A DNA stretch of 64,000 nt from contig JBITNC010000001.1 in NCBI GenBank assembly GCA_050084985.1, positions 148,800,001 through 148,864,000 of the forward strand, written 5' to 3'. Of this stretch, positions 41,101 to 56,100 are shown in pieces. This DNA comes from Nageia nagi. Its lineage: Eukaryota; Plantae; Pinophyta. The position numbers and the translations under genes were made by a program. Below the pieces are notes generated by a model. The model saw nothing but the letters and a program-made list of their open reading frames with translations, searched no databases and was not told where the DNA came from. The first letter of the stretch is position 1, and each line of letters begins with the position of its first letter.

Positions 41101-44100
41101 GGTAGCCTTCAGCTACAAAAACCAATCTTTTGCACAACATCCACCTTTTGGGAAACAATGTCAGGATTCAATGGAGGTCATATTTCAGAGTTTTAGGTCA
41201 TCATAGGCAACCTTCAGCTAGAAAAACCAATCTTTTGCAAAACACCCATCTTTTAGGACAAGCCTTCGCAAAACACCCATGTTCTAGGATAGGACTATCT
41301 AGAACACTCATGTTCTGGCATGATGCCAATAGTTTGGTACAAATAATCTCAAAAGTTAGATTCACAGTCATCTTAAACATGGCGACATTCTTCATAGACA
41401 AAGTTCTAGAATGCTGTAGTTGGATAATCCCATTGTTGCCTTCTCCTTTGGGATTGCAAAACTCAGATTCTTATTTCCTATATATTAACCTTTTGAATCC
41501 CTCTCTTGTTTCATATTTCATGCTTCAACTTGTCCTATTTGACATCTTATTCATTACATAATTGCTTGATGTGTTTATACTAACTGTGCTAGCTTGTCCT
41601 ACTTGGCATGTCTCATTCATTTCGTAATTATTGTTTGATGTGTTAAACTAATAGTGCTAATGATTTTTTGAGGTTTTGTGATTTCTTGCTTACATGTTTC
41701 AAATTAGAATGTCTTTGGATTATTAGTTCATATTCGACAACAAAGAAGGTATTCTTCTCGAACATTTCCTTGTCTTCGCATTTTCAATTTGACAATCAAC
41801 TTGTATTAACTTAATCTTTAACCTCATTCAACATAATTAGCATGTAGTGTAGCTTCCACCTGCATTATCATGGTTAGAATAGTTGTATATTTGCATTTTA
41901 TCAAACATAGCTTAATCTTGTTGCTAGATTATCTCAAGCATATATGGTCCATTGCTTAATAGTCCTTTGATTGTCACAATGATCGTTTGGTTTCTCTGTT
42001 ATGTGTACATAATTTTTTCCAACTTTTTGCTTCGATTTTGGTTTTTTGTTTGCCTTTATGCAAAGCTCCTCAACTTTGTCTTTGACCTTTACTATTTGCT
42101 TCTACTTTTGGTTAGCCAACTTTTCTTCTTGACTTCAAGATCTTCATCTTTTGATTGATTTGATTATTCGTTTTGGTGAAAACAAGTTCATCGTGTAAAA
42201 TACAAGATTTTGGGGACCCTATTTTTGCAAAGACAATGAAGTAAATTGCCTAATGAAAGGTCTCAGGTGATGAATAGTTGATTTTGAGCAGTGCAAAAGA
42301 TGATATTGGGGAGCAATACATGGAGATTTTTTCGTTGGAGTCCTTGAAGTGATTCAGAGCATTTGGTCAGTAGTTTTGGATCCAAAGAGCTAGGATTTGA
42401 GCGACATCACAAAGTACAAAATTTTTGGGTCTTGAAAGGAGCCTATGGAAATGGGGTCATTTTTGAAGTCTGCTAGAGTTGAGATTTGAAGATGCCAAGT
42501 TGTGAAGGACGGAAAAGCAAGTGTATTGAAACTTGGAACTTCTCAAAACAATCAAAATTGCAAAATCTATGTCATGGGGGGATTTTTGGAGCTTTGATGA
42601 TATCAAAGCTAGAAGAAATCTGCCTAAGTGAGATTTCATCAAATGCTAAGTTTGCCAGAGTGGAAGTTGTAGGACATGAGCTAGTGAAGGGCCTCGTTTC
42701 AGAAAAGTTTAGGCTTGGAAATTTTGGGATTTGACCAAGTTTGTGCCCTCTCACACCTAGGCAAAGTTTTTAAGGGTTTGATGACATCAAAGCCAAAAAA
42801 TTGGCACCCAAGGAAAAAAGCGTGCATTTTTGATCAAATTTTAGTCAAAATTTCGAAAAGATCAAGAGGTGAAGGATCAAATTCTTAGCATTTTTGTCTT
42901 GGAAGTGTGCCATTTGGATCAAAATTGCTCTAAGGAGAGTTAGGTGCGTTTTGAAGTTTGGTGACTACAAAGAGATAAAACTAGAGCCTAGCATGAAAGT
43001 GCTCATTTTTCACAAAATTTAGAATGCATTTTTGATTATAGCACCTAGCATGAAAGTGCTCATTTTTCTCAAAATTTAGAATGCATTTTTGATGACATGG
43101 CATGATGAAGAAGGGAAAATGAAGCAAGTTTGCTATTGGAAAATTTTATGTTCAAGACACATAGGTGCACATTTTGAGGGATTAACAACATCAAAGAAAA
43201 AAATTATGCCTAAACTGAATTGCACTCAATAGTGTTGAAATTTTGACTTTCCCAAATCAAAATTTGGGCACATGGGTATTGTAGAGCATAAAAAATCAAG
43301 CAACATTGGGCTTGATAGTTTTGAAATTGAGCAAAATCAGCTTTCCGCAAACCTAGGCACAAGATTTGAGAGTTTGATGCCATCAAAGGCCAAAAACATG
43401 TGCCTAGAGCTTGGAGACACCAAAATGACTAAAATTTTGATTTGATTTTTGAAGACACATGCACATGGAGGGTCAAAATTCATGCATATTTGCCTTTGAA
43501 ATTTTTGTAAAAAAATGAAGGAATACTCTCCTCATGCTCAGGTGCATATTTTTGGAATTTGCCATCATCAAAAAGAAAAAAATGGCGCCTAAGGTGGAGA
43601 TTGACCAAAAATTGAAATTTCACTTGAAGACAAGGGAGGATGCACCATCAAATTTCACACCTTTTGGCTAAAGGGATCTCCAAAATGGCTCAAGAATATA
43701 CACCTCACACTTAGGCACATTATTTTTGAGTTTGACACCATCAAAGGCCGAAAAAATGTGCCTAGCATGAGAATAGGTGCTTTTGACCAAAATTTTGAAA
43801 AACAATTTTAAGACATGATCATGTGTAGGATGTAGATCCAAATGCATTCCCTTTGAAACTTTTGCAAAAAAGTGAAAAAATGGAGATTTTGTAATTAAGC
43901 GGCCATTTTGGAGAAGATTTGTTTGAAAATAGATTGAAAAATTCCATCCGCTAGTGTGAATGGGGAAATTTCGGCAAAAAAGCCCAAAATCACACTCTAG
44001 AAAATGGGTATGGTGAGCAACATTAAAGTAAACCTCTTTAACCTTGGGAACATTGCCAAAAGATCAAGCATGAACCATTGAGAGAGAAGAGTTGGCCGTT

Positions 44101-47100
44101 CATCACCAAAATACAAGCAAACGGGCTCCAAAATCACCAAAATGGCTTCCAAATTCGTGCAAATGTCTTGAATTCTTGTGTATGTAGCTTATATTGTTAA
44201 TGGGATGAGTATTGTCTTTCACAACTCGAAATGTAATTTCAATTAGCTTTAAATTTCAAAAATTAACATTTTTAGTTTTTTTAGGAAAACCCAAAAAAAG
44301 TCTATAAATAGACCATAGGGGGTTCCCATTTTGGAAAGAATATTGCTAGAGCAAATTTTTTGAAAAAGAAGCAAATTGATCTATGCTTGTAATCTTTTGC
44401 ACAAATTTATACAAAGTGGTGAACTACTTGAACCAAAGCAATTTGTCATTTGTGGAATCATGGATTTAATCTTTAGAGCTTTTTTGAGTGATTTGAATTC
44501 TTTTGTGCTTTTTCCTTGAAAATTTTCAAATTTTTGGAAATTTTGTTGAAAATTTTAAAAGTTTTTAAATCATTTGTAAATCATTACTAATCCATAATTT
44601 GCATAGTAAGTGAACGTATTCTGAGATTTTCTTTCATTCTATAGCATCCAGTTAGATTTTTCATTCGAAACGAAGTTTGTTTGCGCAATTGTTGTGTCTT
44701 GTCTTGCTTTTGATTTCTTATCAGTCATACTTAGGTGTATTGATAATCAACTTTGCCCTTTGCTCCTCTTGAAGATAAATTGGACTTAGGTCATTTTATT
44801 TTCAAGTTGGAAGTCTTTGAATGAGACTTCTTGACCGATTCGGAAGTAAGGAATCTTAGACACTACTTCATTGTGACTTTTCCTTTGTTATCTAACTAGC
44901 CTTGGATCATTCTCCTCTTTTTCTTTTCTTTATTTTTCATTTTCTTTAAAATTCAAAACAACTTTCGAACTTTGCATATAAACAACTTAGTCCTTTTAAA
45001 ATACATGAGTTAACAATTATTACCTCTATTACACCACTAAGTTGATTCCCAAAACAAGATTTACATAATTTAAGCTTGCCTTGGCAATGGAAATTTTCTA
45101 AAGAAACCTTGGGGTATCAGTCCTTACGAGAGGAGATAAGTTATGCAATCTCACTTGATGTTGGGTTGCTTTCATATGTGATCGCCTATGGTGATGCGTT
45201 GTATAAGAGGAAAGATTTCCATCCCAACTTAAATTGTTGTTAGAAGGAGGGCCTTGTAATGCACCCTTCTAGTGTTTATCCAATTTAGCATTTAATTCCG
45301 CATTCATTCATAAATTAGGGCATCAATGTACATGCTCATTAACCATCCAGACATGTGCTCAAAACTGAAATATAACAGCAGTAGCTAAATCTGATATAAA
45401 GTTAATACAATATGCGAACTTGTTCAAACTAGGGCACAAATTACAGATCTGTTACACGACTCCAATATGCCTTCAAATGACTATAATCCACCCATATTCC
45501 CAAGCATAACCAATGATAATATTACAAGAGTAAATAGAAAACATGCATTCACATTCGAAACGCAATATGAGAGCCAATATCATGTATAACCAACAAAGAA
45601 TATGTATAGGGCTGTAACAAGTTCTAGGGCACAAGCCCAAAACTCCGAAATGGTCAACCAAGACTCCTAAATGTTGGTGCAAGTCCCAAGAAGGCTCTCA
45701 AGCTTGGTGCAAGTCTTAATATGGCTCCCAATGGCTGGCACAAGCTTTCAAGTGGCAAAGATGGATGGTGCAAGACTCTAGAATGCTCCTCAAGGTTGGC
45801 ACAAGCTTTCCAAGTGATGTAGAAGCGTAGAAGAGCTACTTCTAGGCCAGGGAGTAGCCCTAAGCCCTAGAAGGTAGAGACGGGAAGCATTCCTAAGCTC
45901 CGAATGATCCAAGATCGAGTGCACATGATGATGTTTTCAAATGAGGTGCTCACTTCCCTTTTATAGAAGTCCAATTCTAATTTGTGGTTGGCCGACCCAA
46001 CCCAGAAGTATAAATAACTCTTAATTGACGAATGGCTCCTCCTAAGCTAGACGTTGGACAATTAAGGAATAATATATTTTTTATTACAAAACATGGTCGA
46101 CTTTTATTATAAAATAACAAAGACTCCTAATCTAAATATAATTCACTCCTAATACCCCTCATAGGGCCATACCATTAATTATAAGTGTCACAAACGATTA
46201 TAAATACAATATTATTAAATTGGGTCTCGCATGTGCAATAGTAGGAAATTGGCTTCATGGACGAATCTTCAAAAGTCCATATCTTTTCTCTTTCTTGACG
46301 GAACCATGTTGTGTGACCTGTCAAAATGATTGGCACAAGATTCTCTACCCATTCTAGAAGATAAATCGACGATCCATGGATTGTGACAAAAGTTAGGCCT
46401 TCAACAAGGTTTCTTGAAATTGGGGACATTACAGGTGTTGAACTGTTTATTTGCTCTAAGCGTTGATTTATTGGGCCATTTAAACTTTTATAGGCTCCCT
46501 ATTCTATCCCAAGATTAATTGGCGCTAGAAGGAGGGCAGTTAAATTGTTTATCTTGCGCTGATTGTTAGTTACGTTTTGTTTTTTATAGGCCTCCTGATC
46601 TGCAGACCAACATAAATTGGTGCTAGAAGGAAGGCCCTGAATTGTTTTTATGTCTTGTTTAATTGTTGTCTCTTGAATTTTCTTTTTATTTTTTGTTTTG
46701 CTCCTTTAAAGCTTCACGCTGGGACCTAGAAGAGAGAACAAATTTCTTTATAGTACCAGGTCAGCTAAAGAAGCAAAAGCTATATTCTGCATCTTATTCT
46801 AATGTTATATGCATTTTCTCTAATGTTCTATCCCTTTTTTCCAACGTATATTCCATGTTTTGGAGTGAACATCACTTATGTACTTTGTTTTGTACTGACA
46901 TGATCCCTGTGCAAAGGATTGTTGGTCATCTAAATAACCAAACAGTAACTCTAGAATACACCAACAAATCATAATAAAGAAAACTCTTCTGGAAGTCTCC
47001 CTCAGGAAAAGAAAAACAACATCACATATTTTCTTGATCCTCGGAGGGGAGCTAAATACTATCTTTGATCACCAAGAGCAACAAGGGGTGCATGTACAAC

Positions 47101-50100
47101 CCTGAATACAGATGGCTTTTTTGATTTTGTCCTGAGAGAAAGCCTATGGGATATAGAGCTGCAAAATAGATAGTAGACGTGGTGCATTGGGGAAAGTCAG
47201 AACAAAGGATTTGGAAGAGACTGGACTGGTTCCTATTAGGGGATGAATTGCTGGACAATTGTTGGGGCACAAAAACCTCTATCCCAGAAAATTGAAGGAC
47301 AGATAACTGTCCAGTGGTATTGGAATTTGACGTGAATCCTAAAATGTCATGTTCTTGTTTTGTTTTTAAATTGTAGATTCTATTCATATATCCATTATGA
47401 GATAAAAGCATAGGAAAGATAAAAAGGAATCATACTATAATTGTTCCAAGCGTTCTACCTTAATTGATAAGAACCCTTATTAATGGACATGAATCCTTTT
47501 TTTAAAAGATTTTGTTCATATTTCCTTAAATAAATCAAGAGCATAGGGATGGTAAAAGAAGTTACACAGTAACATGTGCTCTTGCTTCTTGCAATCTTTC
47601 AAAAACGTTCTCAATTTGCCCCAAATGATTTTTCTTCTTTCTATATATACAAAAATCATCTAGAAAAACTCTAATGAATATTCCAATATAAGGCTCAAAA
47701 CCTCTATTCATTAGTCTCTGAAATATAGCATGTGCATTACACAATCCAAAGGGCATTACTTGGTAAGTAAACATACCCCATGGAGTGGTGTAAGTTGTCT
47801 TCAATTGATCCTTCTCTACTATCCAAACTTGGTTATATCCACTATAACCATTTGCAAAACTATATCAATCATATCCAACAACTTCATCCAAAATTTGATC
47901 TAAAAAAGGAAGAGGATAATGATCTTTCTTTGTGAATATATTCAACTTTCAATAATCCACACATATTCTTATCTTCCCATTCTTCTTTCTAGATACCACA
48001 ATAGGAGAAACCCATTCTGAATTATCTACAAGAAAGATAAATCCTACATCTAAGAGCTTTTGTATTTCCTCCTTTATACCTTTAGAGGAATTTGGATTCA
48101 TCCTATCGGGCATCTGTTTAATGGGATTAATATTATCCATCAATTCAATTGAATGTTCTATCCATGTTACTTGTTTTAAATCCTTATAATCAAAGGTGAA
48201 GAGATGGATATACCTCCAGAAAAGCTAAAAATACTCTTCTTTATCATTTTCTTCAATAGCATCCCCAAATCCTAGTTGCATCAGAAGATGCTCCACTTCT
48301 TCCTCTATAAAGTGCATAGCAGATTCAGCAGGTGGAGTTGGCAATATATCCATCACAGAGATATCAACATCCTCCTCATATTCAGTATGCACATCAGTGG
48401 TACTTGTATAACCTGAGCATGTCCACTCTTCACTTAGGTAAGATTTCCATAGCAGAGAACGTAAACCCCATATTTTTATCACAGAAGATTTAAAACATCA
48501 TAAGGTATAGGTTGTTTTTGATAGGATACTAGAGCATATGGGAAATTGCTGAGGTATACCAGTGTCAATTTTTTCAAATTAGTTTGTACTTTGTATGTAT
48601 GCACAAATGTTTCACTTAAGAAAAGGAGATGTTCTTTGAATGTGCAAAGGCTAGTAGAGATGGTCAAAGTAAGGCTCATAGATGGTTCAGCAATTTCACT
48701 GTTAAATTGTTTAAATTTTTTGTCAAATCCAGATGGAAGAGGAACTTGTCCTTGTTTGTTTCTGAGATTAGATTCTTTCATAGTATTCTGGAGCAGTTTA
48801 AGCAATCAGATCCTATCATATAAGGCTTGAACTGTTTCACTTTGGGTGAAGGATTTGTTATTTCATAGGTATGATTGGAATGCATAGCATAAGTTACTAT
48901 TCAAGCTTCTACTGGCAATTCTTTGATGAACTTGTTTAACTGTTGCTGTCAGATTCAGAATTTTTACAAAGCAAATGCAAGGATAGTACAACAAAGTGCT
49001 TTATACTTTCTACGCCTAAGTGAAAATCTTGTTTCCTTTGATACTTGTAAGTTTGTCAAAATTAACAATAATATTATTTTCTATTAATGCGGTTCAAATG
49101 GTTTTATATTGCAGCTTGGTCATCTCTAGAGAGGGTAATGGAACAAGTTGATGAAAGGGAATCTGGGGCACCTTTGTGGAAGCATTATGTGGAGCTTTGG
49201 TCCCAGCTAATGTCCTTCTCCACAGACAGAGACAGACATGTAAAGAAAGTTAGTGAGAAAGAGAATATCCCTGATACCAAATCTGGGGAAACTGTCGGTG
49301 GAAACAAAAAAGATGCAGAATTGCAGGCATCTGTTTTTGATTGTTTAGTCAGATCCACTATGAAGGCAATTGCAGAGCTTAATTTGAAATATAGGGTGAA
49401 AAGTTTACATGTGCAGGCATCTGACAATTCAACCGAGGAACAAGGTTTTACTACTGTTCACTTTTTCTGAAGTGTGTGCATGATTTTATATTCACACTTC
49501 CTTTGTCTGTACATAACTTGTCTTCATTTAAAGTTAAAAAATATGGTGCCTATACAGCTATAGGAGGTTTTCTTAAAGCATTATTGAAGAGGGTATTCCA
49601 TTTGGTTTGCAGATAAATTGTCTTCTTAATGGTGCCTCAAGTTGTTTTATTTCAATGGTTTCACTTCTTAAGAAGTAATTATGTTCACTGTTATTTATGA
49701 ACAAACATTCATACAAGCATAAAACTTGGAACTCTTATAAAAGTTTAGATTTCAACATGTAAAAAGAACATAACTCGTTCATTCAGCTTTTTTGTAGAGT
49801 TGAATAACTACCGTTGATGTGAAATCAAATATTTGTAACTACAGCCACCCTTGGGAGATTTTGGTAAGGAAATTTCATTGTGTAAACATTAGAAATGTAC
49901 AACAAGAATGCCAATTTGTTTGAAAATGAAAAGCAACAACTTCACACATTAATTGTGAATACCTAAGGGGATTGACAACAAAGGACAACCATACAAAGAT
50001 GGCTTTCTACTTCATTCATGATACCTTGAATTTTTCGGGGACTCCCATTGACAGAGTATGAGTTGCCTAGGACTTGTCTTTGATTGTCCTACGCATTACT

Positions 50101-53100
50101 TAGCACATGATTCTATCCTAACGGCCAAGAAGTTATCGCCTCCCTCTCAGAACACAACTTTGTTGATGAGGACCTTACTTGAATGCAATCCAGGAGACCT
50201 CTTGTGCCAAGTAGGATGTATAGGAAGTTGGAAGATTAGGTAAATGGGTAGTAATCCAAAATTGTTGGGTCTTGATTAGAGGCACTTCTAGTAGCTTGGA
50301 CTAGGCCTTGGCCACCCACCCTCTCATCTTCAGCTTCTAAATGATGTCAACATGACACTTGTCTAGTGCTCTCATTCACACTTTGGAATTGCAATGACAT
50401 GATATGGTCATCTCTTGGGTCAGTTTGCGACATCGTCCACCACATGAACCTTATTATATTCATCAAGACACATGATAGATTTGTTAGGGACCTCTCCCAC
50501 TTTACAAGATCTAGATGGATTTCTATGTACAAGGCTCCTACAAATTCAGGCAATAGCAGTTGTGACTCGAGTGGCATGGTCTTCTTGGTCAATGACTACT
50601 TTCTCCTGAAGATTAGATTGGAGGGCATTGATGCCCATGCATGGTACATCTGGATCTACGTCTTGAGGTCCCCACCACTCAAGCGAGTATACAGAGTGAG
50701 ATGTTACTTCCCATCAACAATATCATTGTATGTCATACAAGGGTTTGGAGAATCCCCTTATCTCAACCTTTTCGTAGAGATTTCTTGGTATTTGGTACAA
50801 GGCAAGATCATGCTTATGTTGGTATGTTTTTCTTTCCTCCAAAGCAACCAAACCACTTAGGTGAAGCAACGTTACTTGCTCCCACTTGAAAGGACTCTTT
50901 GCCCCAAGTTTTCTCTTGCATGGAAAGGGTATTACTCAAGTGGTGAGGGATGAGAACTGTTAACCTTTTACAATGTAGTCTTCGTGATGACTTAGGTCAT
51001 AAATTCAATGCACAAAAGGAAGGAAAGATCACAAGTGTGGACGAAAGCGAAGAAAAATCACAAATGTGAGGAAAATGCTGGGAACTTGAAACAAATGAGC
51101 AAAAGAAACTACCCACCGATGATGCATTGTCTAGACAGTTCATTCCTCGGATTCTTTAAGAAACAATATTCATTTATCAAACTTATCATCAAATAGCAAG
51201 GCTTAAGTTGCTACCAAGTAAGAGCACATGGTTGTTCATTCCAATATGAGTGACTCAATGGTAAATGGGGATGAGACAAAATGACCAGCATATGAATATG
51301 AACTTCTAACTGAATTTCATAAGAAGAAATTTTTATCAATAGTACATCCACTTAATATGACAACCACTTCAAAATATATTCAACCAGCTTCTGTTAAAAC
51401 TCCCAATTTTCAAAGAGAATGAACATAAGTAGAGGAACTATTTAACCAGTAAGAAAATCTTACAGGATGCATGCATAATCCTATGAAATGAAAGGCTTCA
51501 TTGCATTCTTCAAAGCACTATTGCAGAAAGAAAACAACTTTGGAAAAGATATTCAACAACAAAACATAGCATTCCTTTCTTTGATAGCAAAAATCCCCTT
51601 CAAAATGATCGAAGTGTGATATATGTAGTTCCCAAAAGTGGCTGCATTAAGTGCAGCGTTGCATAGTCATTGAATCAGATATGAAATAAATATCACATCT
51701 TCACAAACATCTATGCTACTTCGGCTGCCATGGCATTTAACAATTGCCAAAAATAAATGCCATTGCTGAAAAATTAAACATGCATGTCTAATCTATGCAA
51801 ATAGAAATCGGATACGACCGTAAAGTCTGACATTTGAATCGGTGGGAGCAAAAACACATCCACACGTCGGTCAAATCAATGAAATGATAGTTTTTAGAAC
51901 CATAAATGCATGCAACCTGAAAAGAAAATGTGCAGATCAAATCTACAAGCAAATCAAATCCATGAGAAAATCAAATCTGCTTTGGATTTTGTAATATTCC
52001 CAAATAATTCTCTAAACAAATATTAGCCAAATAAGCATCAAACAATATCAATATGCACTCCTATACATGCCACAAACTAGATTAGGGCATCAAAAATGGA
52101 AAATAACAAACCAGGAAGCCAAACGATGCACCTCGCTAGCTGGATCCCAATGTCACACTTGGGGGCTCACTTAGTATGCAAAACACACCCAAAAATGCCA
52201 ATGATGCACCATACAGGCATATACACACAAAAATAGCTCAATGTTGCAAATATGGAAGCATGAACATCACACAATGAGACAAATAATGAGATCCAACTTC
52301 CAAGTATGACACGGTTCTATTAACTACAGAATAGTGAGTACAATACTGAATTGGCCCAAAGGGCTTAACGTTGGCCTCCACTGAGCCAACTAGGGCATAC
52401 AAAATGGTGAGATAGATCCTGAAACTGAATGCCTCACTGAAGGGCTCCCTCATAGGCTAGCTTCCAACAAAGAGAATGTATGTGATTTCAGAATGCCACC
52501 AGATGGATTCAAAGGTGTAGACTACTTGTAGATGCCTTAGGGTAGGGCAGCCTCACTCGCATGAACATTCACCTCAACCATAAGACAAAAGGTATTCTAT
52601 GCCTCATGAACTCTCCTTGTACGCTGCGCTCAAGGGTGCTTGACACCATCAAGTCTTTGGAACTTCGAAGAGAAGGGTTTCTGTATAAAATCAAGTCTCT
52701 CTCTACAATGAGGCTCATTAGCCTTATATAGCTCATCACTGTATCTGGATCTCACCTCAAAGTCATCACCCAGCCTTCCTAATCCAATGTTGGCTTCCTA
52801 GAAGCCTCACAAATCCCAACGAAGGTTCCTAGGGTTAATCCAAGCCCAACGTGGGTATGTGGGCCCTTCACATACTCAACATGGGTCCTCATGCTCAACG
52901 TAGGTGCTTGGGAGTCACCCATGCCACGTGGGGGTTTAGAAATGCATGCGTGGATGTCTTGGAGTCATAATGAGCCAACGTGGTGTTTAGAGTGCATGCG
53001 TGCGTGTTTAGGAGTCATCATGGGGCAACGTGGGTTCTAGGAGTCTACCCAAGGCTGGCACGTGTACAAGTGCTCCCAAATCCAACGTTGGGGCAAATAG

Positions 53101-56100
53101 GTGTTTATCCATGCTCAAGTGTCATCTAGGTGCTATACAAGCCTTGGGTATCCCACAATCATCTTTTATGATCTCCAAGTGTATTAATGACAAGTAAAAT
53201 AACATATCCTAGCTTGGGAGCAAAACATCCCTCATGGGGTTCACAAAGTGGGTCCAACGGACCTTTATAATTCTATCCCAAGTAACTAACAACAAATACA
53301 TGAGTAAATAAATATTTACAAAAAGGGAATCCTTACGATTCCAAACTTAATTATTTTTTTACAAAAAGGGGATCTTACAAAGCCTCCCCTCTCGAATTGC
53401 TTGCCCTCAAGCAATTGTAAAATGCCAAGAATCATTATCTTCCAAACATCCCTTCAATAATTCTCCTCCATAACTCAGCCCATGAAGTCCTTGTATTAAT
53501 CTTTGGAGTTCTTCTTTGGTGTGTAGACGTTGCATGCAAAAATTTTGATATTTTTGCCAAAGTCTATTCTATCTTTGGCAATCTACATTAAGTACAAAAA
53601 TGACTTCAAATATTTTGGTACAATAATCCTTAGGAGACACAAGGATGCATGCGAAGATTCTGAGGTACTCATCCATCCTAAGCACCTAATTACAGTAGTG
53701 AGCTTTTGGAAGAACCTTTAAAAATATACCGGCAAAAACATAAAAACGAGCAAGCATGAGTGAGAAAAAGTGGAGCTTTTGCATCATAATTGATGCCAAG
53801 ACTTCCCCAAGCTCAATGTTGGGTGCCAAGCTCCTTCTATATCCAACTTTGGGTGCCAATTCTCCTTTTTGCCCAACATAGGATGCCATAGTCTTTTCTT
53901 GCCCAATGTTAGTTGCTTAGACTCCTTGATGCTCAACATGGGGTGCCAAACCTCTTCCTTGTCCAATGTTGGGTGCCAAGCCTGCTTCATGTCCAATGTG
54001 GGGTGCTAGACTTCCTCTTTACGCAACGTCAGGTGCTGAGACCTCTTCATGATCAATGTGGGATGTCGAATCTCCTCCGTGCTTGACGTGAGATGCCAAT
54101 ACCCCTCCATGTCCAACGTGGCATGCTAAGTCTCCTCCTTGCCCAATGTTAGGTGCCAAGGCCCCTCCAAGTCCAACGTGGGGTGCCAAATCTCCTCCTT
54201 GCGCAATGTTATGTGCCAAGGTCCCTCCAAGTGCAACGTGGGGTGCCAAATCTCTTCATTGCCCAACGTTAGGTGCCAAGGCCCCGCCAAGTCCAATGTG
54301 GGATTCCAAATGGCCTCCTTGCCCAACGTTAGCTCATTTTTCTTCTCCTCTTTCTCATCGATGAGATCACTTCCAGATTCTTATTGGTGACTTGTGGGCA
54401 TTCGTCCTTGATTACTTGCAGAGTATGAGTTTACTATCAATATCAAAGCTCATAGTTATAGTTAGATTTCTGTAATAGGTGCGAATGTCACCCAATTCAA
54501 ACAGCCATTGCATACCCAAGATAATGTGGGGATGCCATTTGAGTGGATACACATAAAAGTTTTCTCTAATCGTGTGACTTTGCAATCTCACTCCAAATCT
54601 CTTCATGATTTGGTCTACTAATGTGAGTTTTCCATTGGCATTGAAAGCTTTGAATCCTTCGAACCCTTTGGTTTTGAGTCCCTTCTTCTCCACAAAATCT
54701 CCATCAATAAAATTATGAGAAGCACCAAGGTCTATTAAGACCATTACTCCATCCTTAGCACAATTTACTCCAACAATTTGGACATCATTAGAGTCTTCAT
54801 CCATCTAATGTACATCTACAATTTCAGTCACCTGCTAAAGGAGCTTCATTCTTTGTATCATTTGTTAAGGGGGCTCCTGTATCTTGCATACCTACATCCT
54901 CTTCCTATGATAGATAGACCTTATCAACTTTCTCACCACTTTGTACGTCTGATTCGACATCATCATCATCCTCTCCAACTTCCAAGTTTGACTCTTCATT
55001 ATCATCTCCAAAGGATGAGGAAGCGATAGAGGAACTAGAAATGCGTTGCAAGGGAGGCACGTTTTCTCTTCTAATATGAAGGCGTAGAGGCTTATGTGGA
55101 GGACTGCTTGGCTCTTTCACTAGAGAGATTACAAAACAACTCCCTTTAGGATACACTGCAACTTGCTCAAGCATGCATAAGGGAACATTATCATAAGCTG
55201 CCTCGTTAAGATCAACAACTTCCTTGCTGATTCTTACCACATTCGCCTTCACCTTTGCTTTAGAAGTGCCCATAGTAGCTTGTTGCCCAATTGTCCCTTG
55301 CCTTTTCCCAAGAGAGGATAAGGAAGGCTTTTCAACCAAAGGAGGAGTTTCATCAGTGTTAATAGGAGACTTTCTGATTCTCACAGGAACTTCCTTGGGT
55401 ACTTCAATCTTTTGCTTAGTGAATTTCATCCTCTTTTCTACTGAAGACTCTTGAACATTGGGTTTATCTATACTCTTCTTGCCAACTTTGAGAGGGCTTT
55501 GTTCTTGTTCAATGCTGCATAGATATCATCCATCTTTTTCTTATCCCATATATTCGTATATCTTTTTACAGTGCCTAGAGACTTGTGTTTGTAAGTTATA
55601 TGTTTAGCAAAAGTAGTGCTATAGAAGGTTGCCATGACACCCCTTAGATCATAATTCTTGGCTGCTACTTCTCTTTAGAAAGTATGTTGTAGCTCTTTTC
55701 TCATGCTTTTTGTCTCTACCCATGTTTGACAAACATATCAAGAAATAGCAACAAGTAGGTTGAAAGTAGCATCTTTCTTTCTCCACACCTTTTCTTTCAA
55801 AAACAACAACTTCATGGCAAATTCCATAAGGACTAGGTGATCACTGGCATACCTGGGTAGCAGTAGAGGCTGCTTTTAGAGCCATAGACTCTAATGTATG
55901 TATGCTCTGAATACTGTAGATAAAAATTAGCATGCCCACATATAGCTTGAATGGTAGAATCAAAGATCCTTTTCACTATAGATCCCCCTTTTAACTCTTT
56001 GTAAATGGCATATTCCTATTCATCATTTCTCATGTAGAAATGTATGAATTTGTTATGATACCACCATTTTGGATACACATTCCAGATTGGGATGCCCTTC

